Virus record (IMG/VR): IMGVR_UViG_3300030376_006203 | Location: 1 to 64,000 of that record | DNA length: 64,000 bases | Source of the DNA: a virus | Taxonomy: Duplodnaviria; Caudoviricetes | Strand: one strand, 5' to 3' | Part shown: piece after piece, positions 8,882 to 18,701 of the stretch | How positions within the stretch are numbered: the stretch's first letter is position 1 | Layout of the letters: each line of letters opens with the position of its first letter | Translations under genes and position numbers: made by a program | The notes under the pieces: generated by a model | What the model was told of the DNA's origin: nothing | Database searches by the model: none | Seen by the model: only the letters and a program-made list of their open reading frames with translations

Positions 8882-10137
8882 TATTCATAATGCACCGTAG
8901 TACCAAAAGGTGCCTCCATGTTCTTGTCGTGATGACCATTGATAACAAATACTGTATCACAATAATCTTCTTCACCCCAACCTTCCCATGTGTAACCATC
9001 AGTAAACATAATGAATTTCTTAGGGACAATATCATTCTCTTTCATGTATTCCCAATTAGCCTGAAAATCTGTACCACCGCCACCAGCCATTTTGTATGTG
9101 TCTATAGATTCTCCAGAAGCATTAAAGTCTTGTTCATTGTGTACATCAGTATCAAAGCACCAAATTTTAATATTGTAATCTTTGTATTGGTCCATAATAC
9201 TTTGTACTTCTCCTAAAAAATCTTCTACTTGTTCATTCATAATAGAACCTGAAGTATCAATAGCAATACAAATGTCTATTGTGTCTTCATAGTTTGTGCC
9301 TGGAAGTATTACACCAGAGTGCCAACCTTTTCTGCTAGGTCTTGCGAATGTGTAATCATTTTTAATAACACTCTGTATCTGTTGTTGTAACAATTCTCTC
9401 CAGTTCATTTTAGGTTCTGTGAACTCTTTAATAATTCTTTCAATCTCTGCAGGACAATTACCAGCACCTGCCGCCTGTGCCGCCGACATCATGCTTTCTT
9501 TAATTTCGTTTTTAATCTGTTCCATTTCTTCTTTAGAATATGTAGGACCTTTCTTTTTATTTTTGTTATCATCTTGGTCCCCACCACCACCTGTACTTTC
9601 ACCTTTTTCCCAGTCAATGTGTTCGTCTAATAGTTTACCTAGTTGCTCCATCTTTTCTTTACCTTTTTTGTAGATATCATCATACACTGCTTCTGAAGAC
9701 CAACCATCATATTTCCAATCTTGGAATATTTGTACTGCCTTTGGTTTCTCTCCAATGTTATCTCTAACCAAAGTATTGTTCACAATATAATCACAAGCAA
9801 TATTATGAAGTTGTGGATCTCTATCTTCACGTCTTGTCATGTGATCAAACACACAATGAAGTATTTCATGTGCTATAACAAATTCTATTTCTTTAGAAGT
9901 CATCTTACTAAAGAACTCTGTATTGAAATATAAATTTCTGCCATCTGTTGCGGCAGTAGGACACCATTCATCGCACTCTTTGATTTGTAATCTTGTAGCC
10001 ATATTACCAAAGAAAGGATGTCTTAATAACAATCCAACTCTAGCAACCACAATCTTGTCAATTACTTCTGCTCTTAATTGCTTTAACTCTTCTGGACTTA
10101 ATTCTTTTTTTTCTATCTCTAAAGTGTCTGTGTTCAT
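8881..10137 (-). CDS. metallopeptidase-like + VWA domain protein (DUF2201-like)
   Basis: TAATDG, HEILH (HExxH), DTSGS MIDAS, GGGGTDF, FTDGY. Confidence 0.85.
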   Translation of the reverse strand: MNTDTLEIEKKELSPEELKQLRAEVIDKIVVARVGLLLRHPFFGNMATRLQIKECDEWCPTAATDGRNLYFNTEFFSKMTSKEIEFVIAHEILHCVFDHMTRREDRDPQLHNIACDYIVNNTLVRDNIGEKPKAVQIFQDWKYDGWSSEAVYDDIYKKGKEKMEQLGKLLDEHIDWEKGESTGGGGDQDDNKNKKKGPTYSKEEMEQIKNEIKESMMSAAQAAGAGNCPAEIERIIKEFTEPKMNWRELLQQQIQSVIKNDYTFARPSRKGWHSGVILPGTNYEDTIDICIAIDTSGSIMNEQVEDFLGEVQSIMDQYKDYNIKIWCFDTDVHNEQDFNASGESIDTYKMAGGGGTDFQANWEYMKENDIVPKKFIMFTDGYTWEGWGEEDYCDTVFVINGHHDKNMEAPFGTTVHYE

Positions 10138-10143
10138 AATACT

Positions 10144-10172
10144 ATTATACTTTCTTTTGGTAAATTAGTCAA
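10144..10172 (-). promoter_or_regulatory. sigma70-like promoter, probably leaderless
   Basis: TTGACT-17-TATAAT, 6 nt before ATG 10137, no SD. Confidence 0.75.
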
Positions 10173-10183
10173 CTCTTTTTTGG

Positions 10184-10212
10184 TATAGGGCACCGGTAAA
10201 AAGTGCCCTATA
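10184..10212. repeat. 10-bp perfect inverted repeat (hairpin)
   Basis: TATAGGGCAC-9 nt-GTGCCCTATA between the ATPase and VWA genes. Confidence 0.7.
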
Positions 10213-10222
10213 TTCAACACTA

Positions 10223-11335
10223 TTATTTGATGCTTTGAGCGGCAGTAATATATTTGCCGTATTTTTCATGGAATTCATCAAAACATTTGACTGCATCAGG
10301 ATCAATCGGTAATTGATACTGAGTTAATGCCATCTTGATACCCATAACAACAAGTTCTGTATCGAAGTTGTCCATCATAAATCTAAGAAACTTATTAACT
10401 TTTTCGTTAAACTTCTTATCTTTCTTGTCATTTGCTTCTTTGAGTTCATAACATAGCGAAACCGTAAGCGAGTACATTGCTGATATTTCTTTCGATTTCA
10501 GTTCTGTTATTTTACCTTCAAGTATTTCTGAAGGATTAGGTAACTGTGAAGCCACCTTTCTATGAGCCATGAACTTAACCGCAAGTCCTTCGCCCACTGC
10601 ACCACTGACCAAATCGGTCACAGTGTTTTCATCTAAATCATCTGAAAGCAATTCGCTCACAAATGACCAAGATCTCGGAGTAGCAAACGACCTACTTGGT
10701 GATTTAGGATCAAAGTCGTATAGGTCTTTTTTGCTAAAAGTTAGATATCCAACAACGTCTTTGTTCACATTGTTAGCCACTGACCATTCAAACCAGTCTT
10801 CAAACTCTGGTTTCATTTCTAAGTGGATAAATCTGTTTGCCAACGGAGCAGGCATTCTATATACAACACCTTTGTCTGCCTCTCTGTTACCAGCCGCAAC
10901 AATAAGAACATTGTCTGGAAGTTCATATTGTCCTACTCTTCTGTTTAATATAAGTTGATATGCCGCCGCCTGTACTGAAGGTGCCGCAGAATTCATCTCA
11001 TCTAAAAACAATATCATATTCTTATGTTTTTTAGCCAATGCTGATGTAGGCAGTTCTGAAGGACTTGCCCAAGTCATATTGTTTTCTTTAGAATTGTAAT
11101 AAGGAATACCTTTAATATCTGTAGGCTCCCATAAACTTAATCTAATATCAATTACTTTGGCATTGATATCTTTACCAATTTGGTGAATAATATCTGATTT
11201 ACCAATACCTGGGCCACCCCATAAAAATATTGGTCTTTTAATTTTTAATGCGTGTAATATACTTGCCTTTGCTTTATTAGGCGAAAGTTGTCTAGTTGTA
11301 AGACCAGCATCTTGTGTTTTACTTTGTTTTACCAT
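10223..11335 (-). CDS. MoxR-like AAA+ ATPase
   Basis: Walker A GGPGIGKS, Walker B LFLDE, AAGN, LANRF. Confidence 0.9.
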   Translation of the reverse strand: MVKQSKTQDAGLTTRQLSPNKAKASILHALKIKRPIFLWGGPGIGKSDIIHQIGKDINAKVIDIRLSLWEPTDIKGIPYYNSKENNMTWASPSELPTSALAKKHKNMILFLDEMNSAAPSVQAAAYQLILNRRVGQYELPDNVLIVAAGNREADKGVVYRMPAPLANRFIHLEMKPEFEDWFEWSVANNVNKDVVGYLTFSKKDLYDFDPKSPSRSFATPRSWSFVSELLSDDLDENTVTDLVSGAVGEGLAVKFMAHRKVASQLPNPSEILEGKITELKSKEISAMYSLTVSLCYELKEANDKKDKKFNEKVNKFLRFMMDNFDTELVVMGIKMALTQYQLPIDPDAVKCFDEFHEKYGKYITAAQSIK

Positions 11336-11368
11336 TTGTACTCCTCGTTAAATTGTTGTTATGTATTA

Positions 11369-11397
11369 ATAATATATTCTTGTACCAAAAAAGTCAA
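11369..11397 (-). promoter_or_regulatory. sigma70-like promoter
   Basis: TTGACT-17-TATTAT upstream of ATPase, GAGGAG SD. Confidence 0.65.
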
Positions 11398-11454
11398 CCA
11401 GAAAGATTGGGCAAAAAAGTCAATGATTATGCGGGTCATTTGCCCTGTGGATAA

Positions 11455-11844
11455 TTATTCTGTGGATTCTAGTCTAGAAAGTGCTTTATTAAGTCCATAT
11501 TTTCGTATATCACCAGAAAATAGCATTAATTCCATTGCTTTCTTTTCATTGGTCACAATTACACCATCATCTGCTAGGTAGTATGGACAGTCAATATATT
11601 TGTCTAGAAATATTATAGTTTGAGTGGTAAGGTTGAAATCAACCGGGAAAGCCACATCATAAGTTTGAAGTTGTAATTTTTCTTTAATGAATGTTAATCC
11701 ATCATCAGTTAGACGTAAACCACCTGTACCTTTGTCCCTTGTGTTTTTCCACCACATAGGCATATATTCTTTTAGGGTGTTTTCGCTGATACCTATCTCA
11801 GCCTGCTTTAGGAATATTTTAGTGTAGGTTTCTTTCCAGTTCAT
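11455..11844 (-). CDS. hypothetical phage protein
   Basis: 129 aa ORF, ATGA overlap. Confidence 0.65.
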   Translation of the reverse strand: MNWKETYTKIFLKQAEIGISENTLKEYMPMWWKNTRDKGTGGLRLTDDGLTFIKEKLQLQTYDVAFPVDFNLTTQTIIFLDKYIDCPYYLADDGVIVTNEKKAMELMLFSGDIRKYGLNKALSRLESTE

Positions 11845-12131
11845 TGTTCACTGACAGTTTCACCCTGGGTCAATTTGACCACTGTGAAGTCTTCAGTGTT
11901 GAACATGGTGTTCATCTTTTTGGCTAGATTGAATGCGTGTCCAGGATTTGAAAACGATACTTTCTTGTATTTAGGACCCGGGTAGTTATTCAGCACATTT
12001 GCCGATTTTAAATTGAATGGTTTGTTTTTGTAAAACACTGCCCAGATGCCTTCAGCCGCCAGGACTTGTTCGCTCTTATAAGATTTGCGATCTGTGTGTT
12101 CTAGTAAAATAGTCGGTTTAGGTCTACTCAT
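11841..12131 (-). CDS. hypothetical phage protein
   Basis: 96 aa ORF; TAAATA at 12142-12147. Confidence 0.65.
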   Translation of the reverse strand: MSRPKPTILLEHTDRKSYKSEQVLAAEGIWAVFYKNKPFNLKSANVLNNYPGPKYKKVSFSNPGHAFNLAKKMNTMFNTEDFTVVKLTQGETVSEQ

Positions 12132-12163
12132 ATAATATGAGTATTTATCTATATTTGAAAGTA

Positions 12164-12403
12164 TTATAAGTTACCGCCGTCTACTTTAACTTCTATTGCT
12201 TCTGCTTCTGTGCTTGTTTTTTGCGTCATTAGACCCTCATAATCACCCGCTAGACGGGCCAATACTGTGGCTAGGCTATATGTGACTTGCTTGGCTGTAT
12301 TGATGTCTAAACGCACTTCTTTTTGGTTACTGAGATCAGCACCTTTAACTTGCTGAATGAATTGTTGTAGACTTGCTGTATTAATAGGTTCTTTTGTTGG
12401 CAT
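12164..12403 (-). CDS. hypothetical protein
   Basis: 79 aa ORF, GGAG SD. Confidence 0.55.
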   Translation of the reverse strand: MPTKEPINTASLQQFIQQVKGADLSNQKEVRLDINTAKQVTYSLATVLARLAGDYEGLMTQKTSTEAEAIEVKVDGGNL

Positions 12404-12878
12404 TGCTTAACTCCGTTTTCATTTCTAATGATGTTCTAAATGGGCCTTTAAAAGGATAACTGTCTAAAGTTAATAGTTTAGGACAATAACTTCTTACCCA
12501 ACCTTTTTCAAATTGGATAATGTAATATCCAGCACAATATAAACTTTTTGATTTTTTGCTTTTGTTAAACAAAGGCAATTTACGTTTTACATCAAACACC
12601 ATATTGAATGGTTTGAATTTGCTAGGATAATCGTAAACTGAATTATCTTCATTTTCTTTTTCTTCTTTTGGAGCACTTATTGATGAACCCCACATCCAAT
12701 CACCATTAAAGTTCTTCTGTAATTGTTGTTGGGTATCAAATATTCTAGTGCCATCTGAACAACTGAACATATATCTTCTGTCTTCTTGTCTACATATTGT
12801 TCCTACTTTTTCACCATTAGATTCTAATATCCAGAATCTATTTTCTAGTATTGGCTTGGCATAAAATTTAATTGTCAT
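12381..12878 (-). CDS. hypothetical phage protein
   Basis: 165 aa ORF, GGAGG SD, ATGA overlap. Confidence 0.65.
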   Translation of the reverse strand: MTIKFYAKPILENRFWILESNGEKVGTICRQEDRRYMFSCSDGTRIFDTQQQLQKNFNGDWMWGSSISAPKEEKENEDNSVYDYPSKFKPFNMVFDVKRKLPLFNKSKKSKSLYCAGYYIIQFEKGWVRSYCPKLLTLDSYPFKGPFRTSLEMKTELSNANKRTY

Positions 12879-13873
12879 GCTATTGCCTCCTCTTTTATTT
12901 TATATTTTGCATTTAATGGATCAGCATATGTTTGAGGATATTCTGCTATCTTCTGCATATCCCATTTAGCACAAAATTTTATTAGTTTTAATCCTACTTG
13001 TTCAATTGCCTTGCTTTTGACACTATTAATTGTTTCTTTTATACATTCTTTAATATCCTCAGGTTGTGCTGTCAAATCACATAGAGTAACATTTCTTTGA
13101 TAATCATCCATCACTCTATGTTCATCACCATTATGATCAACCCAACGTTGAAGCATCATATTATTCCAGTTGTATCCTTTTGAATTTCTATCTTCAAATG
13201 CTTCTTGTAAACCAACTTTCTTTTTAGTGCCTTTTGTACGCACACCTGGATATGCGGAAAATACATTATCAGCAGTATCGCCTCTCATACATTTTTCAAA
13301 TAGTAACCATTGTGGATTTGGAGCAGGTCTCTCTTCTTTAGTTTTCTTGTCTATTACTCTGTTACCTTTGTTGTCAAAGTATCCTTCGTGTGTAATTGTA
13401 GTTTCTGTAATACCGTTATACTGACATACATTAGGAGCAACCAATTGAGCAAAGTCTCCATCTGTGCTTATTATAAAATGATTATCATTAGGATGTGCTT
13501 GTATCCAACCCGCAATTAAATCATCTGCTTCTAGTCTAGGATGTTGTAAAGTTGTACAATTTGTTTTTGTTTCAATGAACTCTTTAAAGTTGTCAAATGT
13601 TTCCCAAAACACTTCGTCCTCTTCAACCTCTTTTTCTGTTCTAGCATCTCTGGCATTTTTTCTGTTTCTTTTGTAAGGTTCATAAAAGTCTTTACGCCAA
13701 CTTCTACCTTCCAAACAAAATACAACGTGATCTCCTTTGAAATCCTGCCATACTTTACGGATACTGTTTAATGTAATATGTAGAGCCATGCCTATCTTAG
13801 AATCCAAATCACTCTGTATTGCGTGTTTGGCTCTAAAAAATGTATTGGCTGTGTCTACAATTATGTAATTCAT
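12875..13873 (-). CDS. rnh: 5'-3' exonuclease / T4 RNase H-like (FEN/PIN fold)
   Basis: IVDTAN, SWRK..Y..YK.NR, EADD, STDGDFAQL, GDTADN..GV. Confidence 0.9.
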   Translation of the reverse strand: MNYIIVDTANTFFRAKHAIQSDLDSKIGMALHITLNSIRKVWQDFKGDHVVFCLEGRSWRKDFYEPYKRNRKNARDARTEKEVEEDEVFWETFDNFKEFIETKTNCTTLQHPRLEADDLIAGWIQAHPNDNHFIISTDGDFAQLVAPNVCQYNGITETTITHEGYFDNKGNRVIDKKTKEERPAPNPQWLLFEKCMRGDTADNVFSAYPGVRTKGTKKKVGLQEAFEDRNSKGYNWNNMMLQRWVDHNGDEHRVMDDYQRNVTLCDLTAQPEDIKECIKETINSVKSKAIEQVGLKLIKFCAKWDMQKIAEYPQTYADPLNAKYKIKEEAIA

Positions 13874-14103
13874 TATTCAATATCTGTTCTAACAATGTGC
13901 TTTCTTAATGCTCTTACAAGTTCTTCAATTTTATCTATGACACTAATCATATCTCTATCTGTGATATACTTTGATCTTTCTTTTAATTTGTCATATTCTT
14001 TGATTGATATCTGCACCATAGGACCATAATTGTCTTTGTGTCCCACACTCTCGTTCTCCATTGTGGCGTCTAGTGCTCTTTGCTTTTCGTCTGAGTCTGT
14101 CAT
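13873..14103 (-). CDS. hypothetical protein
   Basis: 76 aa ORF, AGGAG SD. Confidence 0.6.
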   Translation of the reverse strand: MTDSDEKQRALDATMENESVGHKDNYGPMVQISIKEYDKLKERSKYITDRDMISVIDKIEELVRALRKHIVRTDIE

Positions 14104-14111
14104 ATTATCTC

Positions 14112-14498
14112 CTAACTAATTTCTGACTTATCGTCACTTAAATTTTTTGTGTTGATGTATCCAGCACCTCTTGTTGGATCTAAACCTTCTTCTTGAAGAA
14201 TGTTTCTTGCTATTGTTCTAAACCAAGCATCAACAATTTGTTCATTTGATTCGCCTTTGTAGCCTGCATCTAATAGTTTTTCAATAAATTCATTATTCCA
14301 ATCCAATTCAAAAAACCCATTTCTTATATTTTCTTCATTTATTTTTGTGTCTAACACAGCAACCCAAGGTTCACCTTTTGCTGTTGCTTGTTCTTTTTCT
14401 TTCATCAGTGCGTCCAGTTTAGGATTTTTACTGATTTCTTCAGAAGTTGTTTCTTTCTTTTTCACAAACTTGTCTTTAACTTCCTTTATTTTTTTCAT
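14112..14498 (-). CDS. hypothetical phage protein
   Basis: ORF with GFFELDWN motif; start could be 14507 or 14498. Confidence 0.6.
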   Translation of the reverse strand: MKKIKEVKDKFVKKKETTSEEISKNPKLDALMKEKEQATAKGEPWVAVLDTKINEENIRNGFFELDWNNEFIEKLLDAGYKGESNEQIVDAWFRTIARNILQEEGLDPTRGAGYINTKNLSDDKSEIS

Positions 14499-14539
14499 TA
14501 TATCCATTGTCTGTTCTCCATTTTATTTTGTTTATTTCC

Positions 14540-15454
14540 TCAAGTCCCCCAGGCATTTCCGAATATGTCGACGTGTAGTCTTGGAGTGTATCTCCATCCT
14601 CTTGCCATTGCCAATTCTGCGACGTTTTTTGTGTTGAGTTTGTACTCTTCGGATCTTCCTCCCAATGGCATGATATAAACGGGAACGTCGATTCCCACTT
14701 GATTGTACTCGGCAACTGCCTTTGTAACTTCATCAACATCGGTTGAATCAGCAACCACAAATTTGAAATACATTTGAGAGTGAGGAATCCTATAATAAGA
14801 AAGAGCAATTTCAGGTTTGATAGCAGTGTGCCAAGGCTCACCTGATACGGAAAGTTTCGGAGAGCAACTCCAAGTGACTTCGAATCTGTCTTGTTTTCTG
14901 AGATAGTCTTCAAAATCCTTGTGTAAAGTCTGCGTTGTATTTGTTTCGAAAGTAACATTTTTCAAATCCTTCATTCTAGGATGTTCAAATAATTCTACAT
15001 AAAACCTCTGCCATCCCAACAAAGGTTCACCTCCAGTAAGTATAAAATGTACATCTTGTCCATTTGACATTGTCCACTTGCCTTCAGGAGTTAATGATAA
15101 CACATGATCCACCACTTCGTCAATCGTTTTATCCATCATATATTTTTTGAATTCTGGATAGATACTGGCATAAGTGTCGCAACCTGTGTGTATGATTGGC
15201 AAGTCTTCAAAAGTGTCTACCTTATCCAAAACACCATCATCTATCAGTGCTTTAACTTCCGGATTGTATTTGATTCCTTGTTTTAACTTCTCTGCTCTAT
15301 TAGGATGTCTTTCCAATCCAAAATTCATACATCTAAAATTACAACCAAATGTTCGCAAGAACACGGAAGGCACACCTACAAAACGTCCTTCACCTTGTAC
15401 AGAATAAAATGCTTCACTGTACCTTAATCTTTGATTGTGTAATTTAGTTACCAT
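14540..15454 (-). CDS. queE: 7-carboxy-7-deazaguanine synthase (radical SAM)
   Basis: EAFYSVQGEG..G.PSVFLRTFGCNFRC....CDT, TGGEP, ETN, SPKL, PRLH. Confidence 0.9.
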   Translation of the reverse strand: MVTKLHNQRLRYSEAFYSVQGEGRFVGVPSVFLRTFGCNFRCMNFGLERHPNRAEKLKQGIKYNPEVKALIDDGVLDKVDTFEDLPIIHTGCDTYASIYPEFKKYMMDKTIDEVVDHVLSLTPEGKWTMSNGQDVHFILTGGEPLLGWQRFYVELFEHPRMKDLKNVTFETNTTQTLHKDFEDYLRKQDRFEVTWSCSPKLSVSGEPWHTAIKPEIALSYYRIPHSQMYFKFVVADSTDVDEVTKAVAEYNQVGIDVPVYIMPLGGRSEEYKLNTKNVAELAMARGWRYTPRLHVDIFGNAWGT

Positions 15455-16121
15455 GACCTTTCATACTTAGACAGATATCATAAAACTCTTTTTTCAATGG
15501 AGCGTGTTTATCAAACGCACCTAGTAATATAGCAGTTGTCATATCTGATTCATGTTCTCTTACTCCTCTTTGTGTCATACAGTGATGTTCTGCTTTAATC
15601 AATACAGCCACATTTGGAGTTTTTGCGTATTTTTGTAATGCTTCAGCAATTTGAGTTGTCATCTCTTCTTGTATCTGAGGTCTTTCAGCAATGTGATGAA
15701 CTATTCTATTAAATTTAGATAATCCAATAACTTCTTTTTCAGGAAGAATACCAACCCAACATTTTCCTACAATATTCTGAAAATGGTGAGCACACGTTGA
15801 CTTAACACTTATCGGACCACTTGTATATAAACTTCTATATCCCATATTAGGAAAAGATGTTACTTTAGGTGGATTTACAAATCTACCAGCAAAGATTTCT
15901 TGAATATACATCTTTGCCACACGTCTTGCAGTCTCTTTTGTGTTGTGATCGTTTTCAGTATCAATTACTAGAGCATCTAGTACGCCTGAAAAAGAATCTT
16001 CAACTTCTTTTTGTAGTTCTTCTATTTCGCCTTTTTCGATATAATCAGCAATATTATCATTACTGTGAAATCGCACTTCTTTTTCCTTAAGCCTTTGCCT
16101 AATTTTTTCTGATGTTTTCAT
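15444..16121 (-). CDS. folE: GTP cyclohydrolase I
   Basis: STCAHH, GLSKFNR, RPQIQE, HHCMTQRGV. Confidence 0.95.
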   Translation of the reverse strand: MKTSEKIRQRLKEKEVRFHSNDNIADYIEKGEIEELQKEVEDSFSGVLDALVIDTENDHNTKETARRVAKMYIQEIFAGRFVNPPKVTSFPNMGYRSLYTSGPISVKSTCAHHFQNIVGKCWVGILPEKEVIGLSKFNRIVHHIAERPQIQEEMTTQIAEALQKYAKTPNVAVLIKAEHHCMTQRGVREHESDMTTAILLGAFDKHAPLKKEFYDICLSMKGHGN

Positions 16122-16124
16122 TCC

Positions 16125-16331
16125 TTACCTTTTAATATATTTTTCTAACACTTCAATTTGATCATGATATTGAGCAATAACAGCCAATTCTTTTTCTATT
16201 GCTTCTAATATATCAGGATGTTCACCAACGCCGACTGCTTTCTCCATATAGATCTCAACATTCGCCGCGTGTTTTTTGATATGACCTTTGGCGTGTTCTA
16301 TCAAAGCGTCATAAATCATTTGTCTAGCCAT
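16125..16331 (-). CDS. small hypothetical phage protein
   Basis: MARQMIYDAL..GVGEHPDI; AAGGAG SD supports start 16331. Confidence 0.7.
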   Translation of the reverse strand: MARQMIYDALIEHAKGHIKKHAANVEIYMEKAVGVGEHPDILEAIEKELAVIAQYHDQIEVLEKYIKR

Positions 16332-16350
16332 ACGTTTTCTCCTTTGTATA

Positions 16351-16379
16351 ATATTAACAAATTTTCTCCAATTTGTCAA
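16351..16379 (-). promoter_or_regulatory. sigma70-like promoter for small gene-folE-queE
   Basis: TTGACA-17-TAATAT. Confidence 0.55.
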
Positions 16380-16962
16380 TGATTTGTTTGAGTACAATTT
16401 GGTTTCCTTCTGGAGTGTAGTGGTTAATTACACCTCTATATTCGGACCAAATATCAGTTAAATCTAGTGTGTGTCTTTCACTAGCAAATTGGTTGCTGAT
16501 GCTAAAATTATCTACAGCCAAATACGGTATTGTAATAAATCGATTTATTTCTTCACGCACAATTTTATATAGGTCTTTTTGGTATTCATCATCGTAGTGA
16601 TGATAAAACCAATTTTTGGCAGTGCGTAATCTTGAATTGAACCAATCAAATTTGTTCGCAACGTCAGAATATATTAGATCACAGTCTTTGTGTAAACCTT
16701 GTTTGTGTACAGGATGTTTAGGTGTGTGTATTCTGCTTGGACTTGTATGACACACAATCACACAATCATAATTGTTAACCCAATAAGGATCATGAGCACT
16801 TAGGTTGTGTAATTGTTTAAGTATTTTGTATTCGCCGACTCCAGCCTGAGCCACATTGTTTACAGCATGGTTTTCAGCAAGTATAAGAGGCCAACCTATT
16901 CCTTCACCGTTGGGCCATTCACAACCAAAACTGTCGCCTGCTATTAGTATTCTTTTAGCCAT
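16354..16962 (-). CDS. SGNH/GDSL-like hydrolase
   Basis: IAGDSFG, N.AQAG, C-terminal NHY. Confidence 0.65.
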   Translation of the reverse strand: MAKRILIAGDSFGCEWPNGEGIGWPLILAENHAVNNVAQAGVGEYKILKQLHNLSAHDPYWVNNYDCVIVCHTSPSRIHTPKHPVHKQGLHKDCDLIYSDVANKFDWFNSRLRTAKNWFYHHYDDEYQKDLYKIVREEINRFITIPYLAVDNFSISNQFASERHTLDLTDIWSEYRGVINHYTPEGNQIVLKQIIDKLEKIC

Positions 16963-17762
16963 TTCAAATATTCTGTTGCTATCAGTTTATGATATTGATT
17001 GTTAAAATGTTCTTTGTCTTCAATAAAATAATCTTCTGCTTTATGTCCTAATGTATTTAGATGTTGTTCCACACTCTGATTGGCTCTTTTCAGGGTATCA
17101 ATCTTACCAAAATAATCTGTGTCTTTGGGCCATACCCCTCTGCTTCTAAAATTAAACACATACAACTTTGCGTTGTTTTGTGTACACATCTTATCCCACA
17201 TATACATATTTTTTAAAAATTCTCTTTTTTCTATCACAGTATTACATTCATAAAATAATTTTACAGACATATAAGAATCTTTTCTTAAGTCCGGAGACGT
17301 TAAACCATGTTCTGCAGAAAAACCAATGCTAGGTATTTTTTGATAATCTGTGCCCACAGGCTTTTGTAATATCTGCACAGTGTTCCCAGCAACAGGTTGA
17401 TCAGAATATTTTCTAATCTGTTCTGTAGATTCAGGATGTTCATATGTAAATGTATCCAATGGGTCTACTTCTTGTTTTAAATCAGGATCAAAACTTAATT
17501 CTACTCTGTTCAATGGAGCCAAACATATAAACACTTCATCTATATCATTGTATTTAGAAAACATATTAGCCAACCAAGTTGTGTACAGATTATTTGTTGC
17601 TCCTGGTTGTGCGTATATCACAATATTTTTATCATGTATTTCAGAATATTTTACTGCGTAATTGTTATCATTCCAGAATGTGAAACTGCCAGGACCTATT
17701 TTACCTTCTATAGTTTTATATCCTACTGTGTGGCTGTCGCCTATGAAAAGTGATCTGCTCAT
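16944..17762 (-). CDS. SGNH/GDSL-like hydrolase
   Basis: FIGDSHT, AQPG, C-terminal DKEHF (DxxH). Confidence 0.65.
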   Translation of the reverse strand: MSRSLFIGDSHTVGYKTIEGKIGPGSFTFWNDNNYAVKYSEIHDKNIVIYAQPGATNNLYTTWLANMFSKYNDIDEVFICLAPLNRVELSFDPDLKQEVDPLDTFTYEHPESTEQIRKYSDQPVAGNTVQILQKPVGTDYQKIPSIGFSAEHGLTSPDLRKDSYMSVKLFYECNTVIEKREFLKNMYMWDKMCTQNNAKLYVFNFRSRGVWPKDTDYFGKIDTLKRANQSVEQHLNTLGHKAEDYFIEDKEHFNNQYHKLIATEYLKWLKEY

Positions 17763-18325
17763 TGTTTTACCTTTAAATCAAAGTTTGCTATACAACGTGG
17801 ACCGTTTTTAGGTATTCCACCTCCATGCTTTATTTTACCATCAAAAATAATTGCTCTACCTTTTTTTGGCTCAACTGATTTTATAATTTTTCCATCATCA
17901 TTAAAAAACACTGTGTTACCATCTGCGTCATTAACAAAATAAATTACAACCATATGATCCACTTCTATATCTATGTGAGGTGCATAATGTTCTAAATCTG
18001 TTTGATGTGGCACTGTGATAAACACTCTTGCCAGCATAATATTTTGTAATATTAAATCATTCACGTTACACAAAGCCTGTGCGACCATTCCGAAATTGTC
18101 AAGGTGTTTACTGATTGATGTATGTGATTTAAGCAAATGTACAAAACTTAATGGCGGTTGATTTGTTTCTTTAGCGGTTGTTTCATATTTGCATTTAAAA
18201 TCCACACTTGGATCAATAAACTCTTCACTATTGCTTTTAATACCTAATGTGATTAACTCAAGATGATCCTGCAGGTAAGCAGGTATCAGATCGTCATAAA
18301 CTTTGATAAATGGTTCATTATTCAT
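17759..18325 (-). CDS. 2OG-Fe(II) oxygenase
   Basis: PHID, YFVNDADGNTVF, PKKGRAIIFDG..H..R. Confidence 0.8.
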   Translation of the reverse strand: MNNEPFIKVYDDLIPAYLQDHLELITLGIKSNSEEFIDPSVDFKCKYETTAKETNQPPLSFVHLLKSHTSISKHLDNFGMVAQALCNVNDLILQNIMLARVFITVPHQTDLEHYAPHIDIEVDHMVVIYFVNDADGNTVFFNDDGKIIKSVEPKKGRAIIFDGKIKHGGGIPKNGPRCIANFDLKVKQ

Positions 18326-18701
18326 TTTTTGTGTAATCTCCCTTGCCAGGAATTACGTTTCTTACACCGCCCTTAGGATTTTCACAGTCACCTTTTTTTC
18401 TAGGAATAAGATGAACGTGAGGATACATCACAGTTTGTCCTGCGGCTTCTCCAACATTTATTCCAATGTTATATCCGTCAACAACACCCTTGGCTACATT
18501 GTCATTGCCAATCTTTATTGCTAGTTCAACACATCTAATAATTCTTTCTTGTGTTGCTTCTTTAGGCACAATCAATGAATGACCTTCTGTAACAGGATAT
18601 CCGTCATTGTACCATACCATGTCTTTAAAATCATACACAACATCATTCCATGGTGCTCTACCGTCTTGCTGTGCTTTTTCTAATGTGTCTACTTTAATCA
18701 T
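18318..18701 (-). CDS. HIT family nucleotide hydrolase
   Basis: PVTEGHSLIVPK, AAGQTV..HVHLIPR; start moved to ATG 18701 (TAATG coupling). Confidence 0.9.
   Translation of the reverse strand: MIKVDTLEKAQQDGRAPWNDVVYDFKDMVWYNDGYPVTEGHSLIVPKEATQERIIRCVELAIKIGNDNVAKGVVDGYNIGINVGEAAGQTVMYPHVHLIPRKKGDCENPKGGVRNVIPGKGDYTKNE

Noticed and set aside
10184-10212. Hairpin as a rho-independent terminator
   Set aside because: On the coding (-) strand it is followed by CCAAAAAAG, not a U-tract; kept only as an inverted repeat
14476-14958. 160 aa alternative-frame ORF overlapping queE on the same strand
   Set aside because: Almost entirely inside a motif-complete queE, no recognisable features and no initiation signal
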